A DNA stretch of 64,000 nucleotides, taken from Squalus acanthias. Taxonomy: Eukaryota. This document shows, piece after piece, positions 39,831-53,410 of the stretch (position 1 is its first letter; every line of letters starts with the position of its first letter). Position numbers and translations under genes: made by a program. Under the pieces are notes generated by a model, which was given only the letters and a program-made list of their open reading frames with translations, had not been told where the DNA came from and did no database searches. The stretch spans positions 59,584,001 to 59,648,000 of the forward strand of contig CM059432.1 in NCBI GenBank assembly GCA_030390025.1, read 5' to 3'.

Positions 39831-40010
39831 GTGTGTCATGATGTGGAGATGCCGGCGTTGGACTGAGGTGGACAGTGTCTGTGTTTAAATTGTGAATTCT
39901 GGGAGATTCTCTCACTGCTAACTTACCTGAGGAAGGAGCGACAGCTCCGAAAGCTTGTAAAATTAAATAAATCTGTTGGACTATAACCTGGTGTTGTGCG
40001 ACTTCTCATT
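39831..40010 (+). mobile_element. Mini Penelope insertion: inverted pLTR tail plus hammerhead-bearing pLTR end
   Basis: 10-bp TSD ttggtagaat (39821-39830 / 40011-40020); homologous to 61660-61780. Confidence 0.85.
39923..39960 (+). ncRNA. Minimal type I hammerhead ribozyme motif (Penelope-type)
   Basis: ttac-CTGAGGA-a-ggagc-gaca-gctcc-GAAA-gctt-gtaa: stem I ttac/gtaa, stem II ggagc/gctcc, palindromic aagctt. Confidence 0.75.
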
Positions 40011-40774
40011 TTGGTAGAATATAGCAATGAATTGTACTTACTTCAAATATATCCATACACACCACTATGTTCTATCCTATATTCACAAACCATTTAGCCA
40101 CCTTAAAAATCCAATATCATGTAAATTCACAGGTCAGAAAAGTTTTAGTCACTTCCAGTTGAACAAAGAACATTAAAATTCCCTCAACTGCATATCCATA
40201 CCCAGTATTACTAAACTAAGTTTCCACTGAAAGACAAAATATGCATGACCTGCAAGAAAATCAACCCAGTTGTTGTTTACACTATGCATTACTATTAGTA
40301 ACAATTGTACCACAAACTTAGAAGATTTGACGATCAGTTTAAAAACAAGATTTAAATGGTGCATTTGTATTAGCATTCTGTCCATTTTACTTTTAGCGTC
40401 AAGTTTCTGATAAAACATCTATCCAACACTTCCGTTTGAAAATTCCAGTATTTAACCCTTCAAGTCCAAAGCTGAGAATGTCACATTAGACAGTCTGCCA
40501 CTGTCTGGGACATTGTAGAATAGACACTATTCCTATTGACTCTCTTCGTTCACTCCAGCAAAGCAACATTCATTTAGTAGAATAGTCTGGCCATTATCAG
40601 GCCACTTTACTCATGCAGACATCTACAGAACTCTATACATGATCATTCCAACTCATTTCTACAGAATTTGAATTACTGATGTATTTTTATCCTTTGATTT
40701 CTTATCTAGCTAGTTGGCATACCGGAATATTAATTGCACAGTGCATTTGGAACAAGTGATGATTAATACAACCC

Positions 40775-42530
40775 TGGTATCATCCTGGTAAACCTCCTCT
40801 GTACCCTCTCCAAGGCCTTAACATCCTTCCTAAAGTGGGTTGCCCAGAATTGTACACAATACTCCAGCTGAGGCCGAACCAGTGATTTGTAAAGGTTTAG
40901 CGCATGATTTCCTTGTTTTTGTATTCAATGCCCCTATTTACAAAACCAAGTAGCCATATGCTTTCTTAACCACCTTATCAACTTGCCCTGCCACCTTCAA
41001 GGATTTGTGAATATGCACCTCCAGGTCTCTCTGCTCTTGCAGCCCCCCTCAAAATAGAACCATTTAGATTATACTCCCACTATGTTTTTGTTCCTAAAGT
41101 GCATCACTTCACACTTATGCACATTAAATTGCATCTGCCAATTGCAGCAGTATCTATGTCCATGCTCCCCATTATTTACTACGTTGCCAAGTTTTGTATC
41201 ATTCGCAAACTTGTACTCCCTATACCCAAGTCCAGGCCATTTATATATAAGAGCAGCAATGGTCCTAATACTGATCCTTGGGGGAGCCCCACTACATAGT
41301 TCTCTCCAGTCAGAAAAACATCTGTTCACCACTACACTCGGCTTCCTATCCCTTAGCCAATTACGTACCCAAGTTGCCACTGTCCCTTTAATCCCATGTG
41401 CTTCTATTTTCCAAAAAAGTCTGTTACGTGGTACTTTATCAAATCCCTTTTGAAAGTCCATATATACACATCTACTGCACTACCTTCATCAACCCTCTCT
41501 GCTACTTCATCAAAGAACTCAATCGAGTTAGTCAGATACGATTTGCCTTTTACAAATCCGTGCTGGCTGTCCCTTATTAACCCATGCAAGTGAGAATTAA
41601 TTTTGTCCTCAACAATGGTCTCTAGTAGTTTTCCCACCAGACATTAGACTTGACTGGCTTATAAGTTACCAGATTTTTCCCTCTCCCCTTTTCTGAACAG
41701 GGGTGTAACATTTGCAATCCTCCAGTCCTCTGACACCACTTCCATATTCAAGGAGAATTGAAAGATTGTGGTCAGCGGTTCTGCTATTTCCACCCTTGCT
41801 TCCCTCAGCAACCTAGGATGCATCCCATCTGGACCGGGTGACTTGTTAACTTAATGATAGTAACCTCCTTTATATCCTATCCAATAGCTCTACTGCAACA
41901 TTAACTTCATCCTCTTCTTTTGTGAAGACAGGTGAAAAGTACTCATTCAATACCTCAGTCATGCCCTCTGCCTTCACAAGATGATTTCCTTATTTGTCCC
42001 TAATTGGCCCCACCCTTCCTTTAGCTATCCTTTTCATATTATAAAAGTTTTTTGGGATCACATTTTGTGTTACCACTATCATATTCTTTTTGCCCTTCGT
42101 GTCTCATTTTTCAATTTCCCCTGCACTCTCTGTATACTGGTTTTCTACTGTATTCTGCATCTGACATGTGTCATAAACCTAATTTTTCTGTTTTATTTTA
42201 ATCTCTATTTCCTTTGTCATCCAGGGAGCTCTAGCTTTGGATGCCCTACTCAAACTATCGCCGCCTTTACGGCCTGCCATTGCTCATTTACTGTTTTCTT
42301 GGCCAATCTTCACTTGTAGTCCACCTGTGCTAGATCCTTTCTCAAATCACTGAAATTGGCTCTCTTCCAGTTGGGTATTTGCACCGTTGATTTTTCTTTG
42401 TCCCCTTCCATAACTACTTTAAACCTAATTGTATTGTGGTCACTATTACCAAGATGTTCTTCCACTGAAACACACTCCACTTGCCCTACTACATTCCCTA
42501 GAACTAGATCTAGCTTCCTTTGTTTGGCTA
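40775..42530 (-). mobile_element. CR1 LINE ORF2 fragment
   Basis: GNSDHN, QHGFVKGKSYLTN and DFQKGFDKVP motifs. Confidence 0.92.
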
Positions 42531-42699
42531 GAAACATACTGATTAAGATATCAGATTAATAGATATTTTGCTAGTTAAATAATCATCAACTCATTTAAAA
42601 AGAATTCAGATGATGGCAAATACATCATGAGGTAACTAAATAGGTTTCCCACTCAATATCCTTATTTATAGGCTTTTAACTGCTTCATGTTCAGATCAT

Positions 42700-44135
42700 C
42701 AACAACAATTACAACTTGTATTTATATAGCACCTTTAACGTAGTAAAACATCTCAAGGCACTTCACTAGATTGGTATATAAAACAATTTGACACTGAGCC
42801 ACATAAGGAGAAATTAGGGCAGATGAGCAAAAGCTTGATCAAAGAGGTACGTTTTAAGGAGTGTCTTAAAGGAGGAAAGAGGTGTACAGAGGCCGAGAGG
42901 TTTAGGCAGGGAATTCCAGAGCTTAGGGCCTAGGCAACAGAAGGCATGGTCACCAGTGGTTGAGCGATTAAAGTCAGGGATGCTCAAGAGACCAGAATTA
43001 GAGAAGCGCAGATATCTCCGTTGGGGGGGGGCGGGGGGCGGTTGTGGGGCTGGAGAGATTACAGAGATAGGAAGGGGCGAGGCCATGGAGGGATTTGAAA
43101 ACAAGAATGAGAATTTTTAAATCGAGGCGTTGTTTAACCAGGAGCCAATGTAGGTCAGCGAGCACAGGGATGATGGGTGAATGAGACTTGGTGAGAGTTA
43201 GGACACGGGCAGCTGGGTTTTGGATGACCTCAAGTTTACGTAGGGTAGAATGTGGGAGGTCAGTCAGGAGTGTGTTGGAATAGTCAAGTCTAGAGGTAAC
43301 AAAGGCATGGATGAGATTTTCAGCAGCAGATGAGCTGAGGCAGGGGTGGAGACGGGCGATGCTACGGAGGTGGAAATAGGCGGTCTTAGTTATGGCTTGG
43401 TTATGTGGTCGGAAGCTCATTTCAGGGTCAAATATGACACCAAGGTTGCAAGCAGTCTGGTTCAGGCTCAGACAGATGCTAGAGAGAGGGACGGAGTCGG
43501 TGGCTAGGGAAGAGAGTTTGTGGAGGGGAACAAAGAGAAAGGCTTCAGTCTTCCCAATATTTCATTGGAGAAAATTTCTATTCATCCAGTACTGGATGTT
43601 GGACAAGCAGTCTGACAATTTAGAGACCGCAGAGAGGTAGAGCTGGGTGTCGTCAGCGTACATGTGGAAACTGACGCTGTGTTTTCAGATGATGTCGCCG
43701 AGGGGCATCATGTAGATGAGAAATAGGAGGAGGTCAAGGATAGATCCTTGGGGGGGGGTTAAGAGAAGCCATTGCAGGTGATTCTCTGGTTACGATTAGA
43801 TAGATAAGAATGGCACCAGGCGATTGCAGTCTCACCCAGCTGGACAACGGTGGAGAGGTGTTGGAGGAGGATGGAGTGGTCAACTGTATCAAAGGCTGCA
43901 GACAGGTCGAGAAGGGATAGTTTACCTTTGTCACAGTCACAAAGGATGTCATTTGTGACTTTGATGAGAGCTGTTTCGGTACTGTGGCAGGGGCAGAAAC
44001 CTGATTGGAGGGATTCAAACATGGAGTTCCGGGAAAGATGGCCACAGATTTGGGAGGCGAAAACAAGTTCAAGGACTTGAGAGGAAAAGGAGGTTGGAGT
44101 TGGGTTGGTAGTTTGCAAGGACAGAGGGATCAAGG
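42700..44135 (-). mobile_element. L2 LINE, 5'-truncated
   Basis: QSGFCPCHSTETALIKVTND, LLDLSAAFDTVDH, HMYADD and HAFVTSRLDYSN; L2 tail. Confidence 0.95.
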
Positions 44136-44324
44136 GCAATGTTGCCTCTAATTTTTTTTTGTACTCAGCAGGCCATGATCTCCTTCGAGCATGACCTTAT
44201 CATCCGTGGGCAAATTTTACAAAAACATCTTTTACAATAACGACAGCAACAGCAACCACTTAAAAGCATATATACAGTAATGCCATAATGCCACCCCACC
44301 GTCTCAAATCATGAGACAATCAGA

Positions 44325-46165
44325 CAAGGTTCTATACAAGTTTAACATAACTTCCCTGCTTTTGAATTCCATTCCTCTAGAAATGAAACCCAGTGCTTTA
44401 TTTGCACTTTTATGGCTTTTTAACCTGCGATGCTACTTTTAATGATTTGTGAATCTATACCCAGAGATCCCTTTGCACCTCTACCCCATTTAGACTCTTA
44501 ATTTTCCAAGGGGTAAGTGGCCTTCTTATTCCTCCTACCAAAATGCACCACCTCACACTTGTCTATATTGAAATTAATTTGTCATTTACATGCCCATTCT
44601 ACAAGTTTGTTTATGGTAGAATTAATTAAAAGCTTTTAGTTCATCATGTACAAACTCTATTTAAAAAAATTACTTGTCAGAAATAGCTGGGATATAAAAG
44701 AACTGCATAATAATGCATTAACACTTCAGAAACGTCACTTAGTTACACGGTTATGCATCGACAAACAATCCAAAAGCCCAAGTTGAGCTGAAAGAAGCAT
44801 ATCTATTTGTGCAATTAGTATTAATTTTAAAGTTTAACATATTAGCCCATCCCTCATGTCACGATAGCAATGGCTGCACAAGCAGCAGCTTTCCTATGGC
44901 GCTGACGTGCTGTGGAAACATCTTCTCCACGTCTACCCTATCAAACCCTTTTATAACCTTAAAGACCAATTAGCTTAACATTGGTGGTAGGAAAGATAAT
45001 GGAATCTTTACTCAAAAGATGTAATAGAAAAACATCAAGAAACTGAAAATATAAAGAGTAGTCAGTACGGATTCCAAAAAGGTCATGTTTGACCAACCTT
45101 ATTGAATTCTTTGAAGTAACAGAAAGCTTGGATAAGGGTTATGCAGTACACTTGATATATTTGGATTTCCAAAGAGCCTTTGATAAGGTACCCCATAGTA
45201 GACTAAGGTCAGAGCATGTAGAGTCAGACGACAAGTAGCAGAATCTATAGCAAGCTGGCCACAAAACAGAGAGTAAGGGTTAAAGGTAGTTACTCAGATT
45301 GGCAAAAGGTGGGAAGTGAGTGGTGTTCCACAAGGTGCTGGGACCACTTATCTTCAGTCTTCTCCTTTCTAGAGAAAAGAGCCCCAGCCTGTTCAATCTT
45401 TCCAGATAGGTATAACCCTCCTCAGTTCTGGTATCATTCTAGAATTTTTATTTTTTTTAATTTTTTTTTGCACCTTCTCCACTGTCTCTTATCCTTTTTA
45501 TAATATGGAAACCAGAACTGTTCACAGTACTCAAAGCGTGGTCTAACCAAGGTCATATACAAGTTTAACATAACTTCTCTACTTTTCAGTTATATCCCTC
45601 CAGAAATGAACCCCAGTGCTTTGTATGCTTTTTTATGGCCTTAACAACCTGCATAATGATTTGTGTATCTGTACCCCCAAATCCCTCCGCTCAACAATAA
45701 CATGTATTTATATAGCACCTTTAACGTAGAACATCCCAAGGTGCTTCACAGGAGTGTTATAAAACCAAAACCCCATTTAGATGCTTATTTTTCCTACCAA
45801 AATGTACCACCACACACTTATTGGTGTTGATTTGCCAATTACATGCCCATTCTGCAAGTTTATTAATGTTTTCTTGTAATTTGTCGCAGTCCTCCTCTGT
45901 ATTAACTACACCCGCCAATTTGGTGTCGTCCGCAAATTTTGAAATTTTACGTACGATTCCAGAGTATACGTAGTATCAGAATTTAACTGGGGAAACTTTA
46001 CAATTTGCATTGTACTTTATATGTTGCATAGTACTGTTTGTGATGGAAGTCACTTATTCTAAATCAAGCTGAAGTAGAGAGCAGGGCACTGAGATTTCTT
46101 TTGGATTGCTCTAGCAAAGAGCCAGCACAGACACAATGGGTTGAATAGCCTCCTTCTGCGCTATA
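44325..46165. mobile_element. Cluster of CR1 fragments in both orientations
   Basis: Homology to CR1 RT and C-terminal segments elsewhere in the window. Confidence 0.75.
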
Positions 46166-46377
46166 AACATCCTCCTGTGGTTCGATTGGTCGCTTGCCTC
46201 CTGAATCTCCCGAACATTTTATTAGTGTCAGTGTGTTCCTAAGGGAATGTTGCATCCTACTTTTTGTACTGAGAGGATGAATCAGAAACACTTGGTTTTA
46301 GTAAAAGTTTAGTGCATTTTGGGATACTCGTATAAAGAACTGAAGAAGTTCTGAGAGTTCGTGATGGTCTTGTTCTG

Positions 46378-47495
46378 TGACAAAGCCAATCCAGCCAATT
46401 ACTGCCCCATCAGTCTACTCTCAATCATCAGCAAAGTGATGGAAGGCGTCATCGACAGTGCTCTCAAGCGCCACTTACTCACCAATAACCTGCTCACCGA
46501 TGCTCAGTTTGGGTTCCGCCAGGATCACTCGGCTCCAGACCTCATTACAGCCTTGGTCCAAACATCGACAAAGAGCTGAATTCCAGAGGTGAGGGGACAG
46601 TACTGCCCTTGACATCAAGGCAGCATTTGACAGTGTGGCATCAAGGAGCCCTAGTAAAATTGAAGTCAATGGGAATCAGGGGGAAAACTCTCCACTGGCT
46701 GGAGTCATACCTAGCACAAAGGAAGATGGTTCTGGTTGTTGAAGGCCAATCATCTCAGCCCCAGGACATCGCTGCAGGAATTCCTCAGGGCAGTGCCCTA
46801 GGCCCAACCATCTTCAGCTGCTTCATCAATGACCCTCCCTCCAACATAAGGTCAGAAATGGGGATGTTCGCTGAATACTGCAGTGCTCAGTTCCATTTGC
46901 AACTCCTCAGATAATGAAGCAGTCCATGCCTGCATGCAGCAAGACCAGGACAACATTGAGGCCTGGGCCGATAAGTGGCAAGTAACATTTGTGCCACACA
47001 AGTGCCAGGCAATGACCATCTCCAACAAGCAAAAGTATAACCACCTCCCCTTTGACATTCAATGGCATTACCATCGCCAACTTTCCCAACATTATCAACA
47101 TCAACATCCTGGGGGGTCACCAGTGAGCAGAATTTTACTGGACCAGTGACATAAATACTGTGGCTACATGAGCAGGTCAGAGGCTGGGTATATTCTGCGA
47201 CGAGCGAGTCACCTCCTGATTCCCCAAAGCCTTTCCACCATCTGCAAGGCACAATTCAGGAGTGTGATGGAATACTCTCCACTTGCCTGGATGAGTGCAG
47301 CTCCAACAACACTCCAGAAGCTCGATACCATTCAGGACAAAGCAGTCTGCTTGATTGGCACCCCGTCCACCACCTTAAACATTCACTCACTCTACCACTG
47401 GTGTACCATGGCTGCAGTGTGTACCATCTACAAGATGCACTGCAGCAACTTGCCAAGGCTTCTTAGACAGCACCTCCCAAACCTGCGACCTCTGC
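46378..47495 (+). mobile_element. Zenon-like LINE RT fragment (copy D)
   Basis: NYCPISLLSIISKVMEG, GIPQGSALGP and MEYSPLAW. Confidence 0.92.
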
Positions 47496-47497
47496 AC

Positions 47498-47600
47498 GAG
47501 AGGGGGGGTGCGAGCGCGAGAGGGGGGGCGCGAGTGAGAGAGGAGCGCGCGCGAGAGAGAGGAGCGCGCGCGAGTGAGCGTAAAGGAGGAAAGGGAGAGC
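47498..47600 (+). repeat. Purine/CG-rich low-complexity tract
   Basis: Repeated gagagggggg and gagcgcgcgcgag units. Confidence 0.85.
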
Positions 47601-47623
47601 CAGGTAAATGAGAAGGCAGTAAC

Positions 47624-49257
47624 TTGTGAAAGGGTTTGCTTCATCAATGTCTAATGGTGCAAACCTAAGATGAGTTGCTTATCTTTACTGATCAATACCA
47701 CATTAACGCTTAAAGGTCTCTTCTTCTGAAAATCACTTTGCCTTTGAATTTAGCATCGGAGATATCATACACCTCAATTAGAGTGTTATTTTTTTCAAAA
47801 AATGATGGAGAGATATAATTCGATTGGTTGTTGGTACCAATCACCCACCACTACTTCACACCATTTGCTGTTTTTAAAAAATCCATGAGGCTTGACAGCA
47901 CCTGTTGACAGGTGTAAGGTTTCCAAAATTTGCAGATCCCCAAAACCTAAGGAAAAAGGACTTCGGAACTACCTCAGAGTGATAAAACTGCATTTGGGCC
48001 TAACATAAGGAATTTAAGACCAAAAACCAAGTTTTGGCATTTTAAAAACATGTCTGGACCTGTAAAGGGAGAAAAGGCTGCGAAAGAAGGTGGGTTCAAC
48101 CTCTGCAAAAGCATTTTTGGGTATTGCAGTTAATTGCATTGTCTGGGGAATCGGGATGACCTCACTCAAGCCCCAGCAAGCATCAACATTTTGACAATAG
48201 ACCCTAGGAGGAGACAGTCCCACCCAAAACAACAGGTCCCATCAAACCGATTACAGAACCCATTAAAGACATGCATAAAGCAAATATTCGATCGAAGTCC
48301 TAGGCCCAGTCAAGAAACCCAAAACATGAGGACAATTCAAACTCCGATTAAACAACAGATCGACAGGATGGAGCTATCCTGAAACCACTTCACACATTTA
48401 CAAAACCAGTTAACACGCTAGTAAAGTCGTTACTGTTAACGAGGTCTTACAATGACCGGGATTTGATTTGGTTTTGATAATGCCACTTCAATTTAGTATA
48501 ATTGAAGGCCCATCAAGCAGTTCAGCAGTAACAACAGTTCAAGTTCAACAGAAGGCAGTTCTGCAGTTTTGGAGTTCAATTTGAAAGCCTGTTTTTCAGC
48601 AGAAATCAGTGCTGGAATTACAGAGTTCAGGAGAAGCATGTTGGGCAGTTAAAGAAGACAGTTCAGTAAGAAGGGAGTTCTCCAGTAAAACAGTTCAAGT
48701 TCAACAAGCAGGTAGAAGGCAGTTTCCACAGTTCTGCAAGAAGGCAGTTCCACAGCTCGGAAGAAGACAGTTTAAACAGAAAGCAGTTCAACAAAGAAAG
48801 CCAACAGCTCCAGAAGTAGGCCGATATGCAAGAAGAGACCAGAGCGACCGCCTCAGTGACCATCGGACACCTCGCGGCAACAAGGGCCTTACAAAACCTT
48901 TTACTCAAAAGACTCTAAACCCTAACTCTCAACTGTCAAGGATTCGTTTGGTGAGCATTATCCCTGGTTCTCCAGAGTCCAACCTAGCTAGTGAAGTGGG
49001 ATTGGGAGGGGTGAAGTATTCTTCTAATGTTATTTCCCTCGCGTGTACCGAAGTGTTCCCCACCTTTAGAGTGTTAGTGTTGTGTTTTACTTTCTTGAAT
49101 AAAGATCAAAGTTCTTTCATCAAACTCAGTTGTCTGCTGCACCTTTTGTATCACAACCCCCAAATAAGTCCAAGGTCTAGAACCAAGGGAGTGGAAGCAA
49201 TTCGAACCGCTCAGAAGTCAGAGGCAAAGCTGACACAAAAACACCACCCCCTACACA
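47624..49257 (+). mobile_element. Possible solo LTR (unclassified)
   Basis: TG...CA ends with a loose inverted repeat (tgtgaaaggg / cccctacaca), a TATA-like site near 48497, AATAAA near 49098 and repeated cagttc; no TSD found. Confidence 0.35.
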
Positions 49258-51136
49258 GGGTATTCAACTGCAGAGAGGGATCACCATCCAACAAGCTCAC
49301 TACCATCCTTATCAGATGTCTACACACATGCGCTTCCAGCAGTAACTGAATAACCAGGAGCAGGAACCCTGTCCCTAACAGAGGGACACAGGACAATTGT
49401 CGTGCTCTGACGGTCACCTCAGCAGTTAAATAAGTAACTCAGCATAGGTTGGGCATCAAACCTGATCATTCTTGACTCAGCTACCCTCTATCAATCGGTG
49501 GAGCACTAACAATACACATTTAAAATGCTCCTCTGCTGTTTTACTACCGTAGTAGCTGATAAGGGAGACTGGGTGACTGTCGGCAGACAGGGCAGGAAGC
49601 AACAGGCGAGGATAGGCGGGGTCATTTGTGGAGCAGGATTTGTTTAGGTACCAGTGATGTGGACAAAAAACGTGACAGAGGAGGGTAACCATGAGCTACA
49701 AGGCAATGGGGAGTGAGTGATTACCTATGGGAAAACAGTATAGGTAGTAAAAATAGGCAAGTGGTAACTGTGGGGGATTCTATAGATGGGGGTAGATAGT
49801 TTTTTTTTCTAAACATGATCCAGAATCCCGAATGGTATGTTGCTTCCCAGGCGCCAGGGATCAGGACATCGCGGAGCGATTAAAAGAGGTTTTGGAATGG
49901 GAGGGAGAGCAGCCAGAGGTCGTGGTTCATGTGAGAACCAATGACAGATAGGAATTGATATGAGGTTCTGCAAAGGAATTTGAAAAAGCTAAATTCCAGA
50001 TTCCGAAGCAGAACCTCCAGGGTAGTAATCTCTGGATTACACCCACAGCCATGCAGTGGACCAGGCAGGGAGAGAAAGTTTAGGATAGTCAATGTGCGGC
50101 TATAAAGATGGTGTAGTAGGAAGAATTTCAGATTCCTGGGACACTGGGACCATATCTGGGGTCAGGGAACGCTGTACAGACGAGGTGGCCTTCACCTAAA
50201 CTTGAGATGCACCTATGTCCTTGTGGAAAGGGTAAATACGGTAGTGGGGAAAGATTTAAACTAGTTAGGTGGATGAGAGGGGAAAATCCACACTAGGTCA
50301 AAAAGTGAAAGGTGGAGGTAGTTACACAAATATGGGTTCTGTACACAAATGCACGAGAAGCAGAAGAAATGAAACAAGTTAGAAGCAGAAATTCAGCTTA
50401 CAAGGGCATGATTTAGTACTATTACAACCAGAAACTGATGTGGGAGCTAAATATTCCAGGCTAGGATTTTCATAAAGGACAGGGAAATTGGGAAAGGAGG
50501 GGGAGAAACGATACTGATAAAAGACAGAGTTACCATGGTAGAAAGAAGGGATTTTAGTGAGGGTGATCGGGCAGTGGAATCAGTATGGGTAGAGTTAAGG
50601 AGCAGCAAAGGATGAAAGACTCTGGTAGTAGTTAGCTATAAATTTCCTGATAGTCGTGATGTAATAGTATAAATACAGAAATCAGGGAAGCATTTAGCAA
50701 AAACAATGCGGTTATAATGGGAGATTTTAATTTTCACAGACTGCAAGATGCAGAACAGCTCAAGTAGCAAAGGCACTGACAAACAAAGAAATAGCAGTGG
50801 GAAATATTTAAAACAGTGTTCGATAGAGTCCAGGATAAATATATCCCACTAAACAGCAAGAACAAACAAGCCAGTAATGACACAATGGATGAATAAAGAA
50901 ATAAGGGCAAAATTGAAACTGAAGAAAAAGGCATACACTAAGTACACAAACAACAAAAGAGAGGTTGAAAAAAAGGGAATACGAAAAGGTTAGGAAGAAG
51001 TCAAAAAAACAATTAGGAAGGCACAGAGAAACTACGAAATTAAATTATCAAGGAATATAAAAGAAATAGTAAAGTATTCTACAGACACAAATAACAAAAG
51101 AAAAATCAGGATAGGAACAGAGCCACTAAGGGATAC

Positions 51137-52500
51137 ATAGAAACATAGAAGATAGGAGCAGGAGTAGGCCATTCGGCCCCTCGAGCCTGCTCCGCCATTC
51201 GATGAGATCATGGCTGATCATCCAAACTCAGTACCCTGTCCCTGCCTTCTCCCCATATCCCTTGATACCTTTAGCCTTAAGAAATATATCTAACTCCTTC
51301 TTGAATATATTTACTGACTTGGCCTCAACTGCCTTCTGTGGTAGAGAATTCCACAGGTTCACCACTCTCTGGGTGAAGAAATTCTTCCTCATCTCTGTCC
51401 CAAATGGCTTACCCCTTATCTTTAGACTGTGACCTCTTGTTCTGGACTCACCCGCCATCGGAAACATCCTTCCTGCATCCAGTCTGTCTAGCCCTGTTAG
51501 AATTTTATAAGTTTCAATGAGATCTCCTCTCATTCTTCTAAACTCCAGCGAGTATAAGCCCAATCAACCCAATCTCTCCTCGTACTTCATTCCTGCCATC
51601 CCAGGTATCAGTCTGGTGAATCTTCGCTGCACACCCTCCATGGCAAGAAAATCCTTCCTCAGATAAGGCGACCAAAACTGCACACAATACTCAAGGTGTG
51701 GTCTCACCAAGGCCCTGTACAGCTGCAGCAACACATCCTTGTTCCTGTACTCAAACCCTCTCGCTACGAAGGCCAACATACCATTTGCCTTCTTAACCGC
51801 CTGCTGTACCTGCCTGCTTACCTTCAGCGACTGGTGCACAAGGACATCCAGGTCTCGTTGCACTTCCCCTTCTCCCAATCTATTGCCGTTCAGATAATAA
51901 TCTGCCTTTCTGTTTCTGCCACCAAAGTGGATAACCTCGCATTTATCCACATTATACTGCATCTGCCATATCACCCAACCTGTCCCAAATCATACTGCAG
52001 TTTCTCAGCATCCTCCTCGCAGCACACACGCCCACCCAGCTTTGTGTCATCTGCAAACTTGGAGATATTACATCTAGTTCCCTCGTCTAGATCATTAATA
52101 TATATAGTGAATAGCTGGGGTCCTAGCACTGATCCTTGCGGAACCCCACTAGTCACTGCCTGCCACTCGGAAAAAGACCCGTTTATTCCAACTCTTTGCT
52201 TCCTGTCTGCCAACCAGTTCTCTATCCAAGTCAGTACCTTGCCCCCAATTCCATGTGCCTTAACTTTACATGCTAATCTCTTATGCGGGACCTTATAGAA
52301 AGCCTTCTGAAAGTCCAAATACACCACATCCACTGGTTCTCCCTTATCTATTCTATCAGTTACATCCTCAAAAAATTCCAGTAGAATAGTCAAGCACGAT
52401 TTACCTTTTGTAAATCCATGTTGACTTTGTCCAACCCTGTCACTGTTTTCCAAGTGCTCTGCTATTACATCTTTTATAATGGACTCTAGCATTTTCCCCA
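51137..52500 (-). mobile_element. Relatively young CR1, 5'-truncated
   Basis: Long open segments with YLDFQKAF, GVPQGSVLGP, KFADDTKL and RRMRGDLIE; tandem tail catagaaa. Confidence 0.96.
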
Positions 52501-52997
52501 CACACGATAAACTCACAGGTAATGACAGTGAAATGGCAGAAATATTAAATAATTATGCCTCGGGATTTATCAGGGAGACTAACATGGCGGACACGACATT
52601 AGAAGAGATCAAAAAGATATAAAGATATTTAAGATAGAACGATGGGAGATAATTAATAAATTAAAATCAAACTTAGGAGAGGATAAAACCCCTGCTCTGG
52701 ATGGATTGCATCCGTGCATATTAAAAGAAGTTAGGAAAGAGATAGCAGAGGCACTATTACATATATATAAAAATTCATTAGAAAAAGGAATAGTGCCAGA
52801 GGACTGGCGGACAGCTAATCTAATTCCTATATTTAAAAAGGGAGATAGAACATGTCTAGGGAACTATAGACCAATTAGCTTAACGTCAGTAGTAGGAGAG
52901 ATAATTGAATCCTTACTCAAAGATGTAATAGAAAAACATCTAGAAACTGAAAATTTAATAGAGTAGTCAGCACAGACTTCAAAAAGGAAAGGTCATG

Positions 52998-53410
52998 CTT
53001 AAGAACATAAGAATTAGGAGCAGGAGTAGGCCATATGGCCCCTCGAGCCTGCTCCGCCATTCAATATCATGGCTGATCTGCGACCTCAACTCCACTTTCT
53101 CGCCCGATCCCTCGATTCCCCTAGAGTCCAAAAATCTATCTAGCTCAGCCTTGAATATACTCAACGACTCAGCATCCACAGCATTTTGGAGTAGAGAATT
53201 CCAAAGATTCACAACCATCGAAGTGAAGAAATTCCTCATCTCAGTCCTAAATAGCAGACCCCTTATCCGGACACCGTGACCTCTAGTTCTCGACTCTCCA
53301 GCCAGGGGAAACAACCTCTCAGCATCTACCCCGTCAATCTCCCTCAGAATCTTATGTTTCAATGAGATCACCTCTCATTCTTCTAAACTCCAGAGAGTAT
53401 AGATCCAATC
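52998..53410 (-). mobile_element. CR1 3' fragment
   Basis: ORF 52979-53371 ESRTRGH...NFFTSMVVNLWNSL. Confidence 0.92.

Noticed and set aside
48515..48795. CRISPR-like repeat/spacer array
   Set aside because: Units are short, irregular and degenerate, in a eukaryotic context with no cas genes.
48609..49349. Longest ORF in the track (246 aa)
   Set aside because: Non-ATG start, runs through the low-complexity cagttc array, and has no recognisable domain.
51696..52298. 200-aa plus-strand ORF and similar antisense ORFs (e.g. 14317, 31931)
   Set aside because: Shadow frames of LINE ORF2 sequence.
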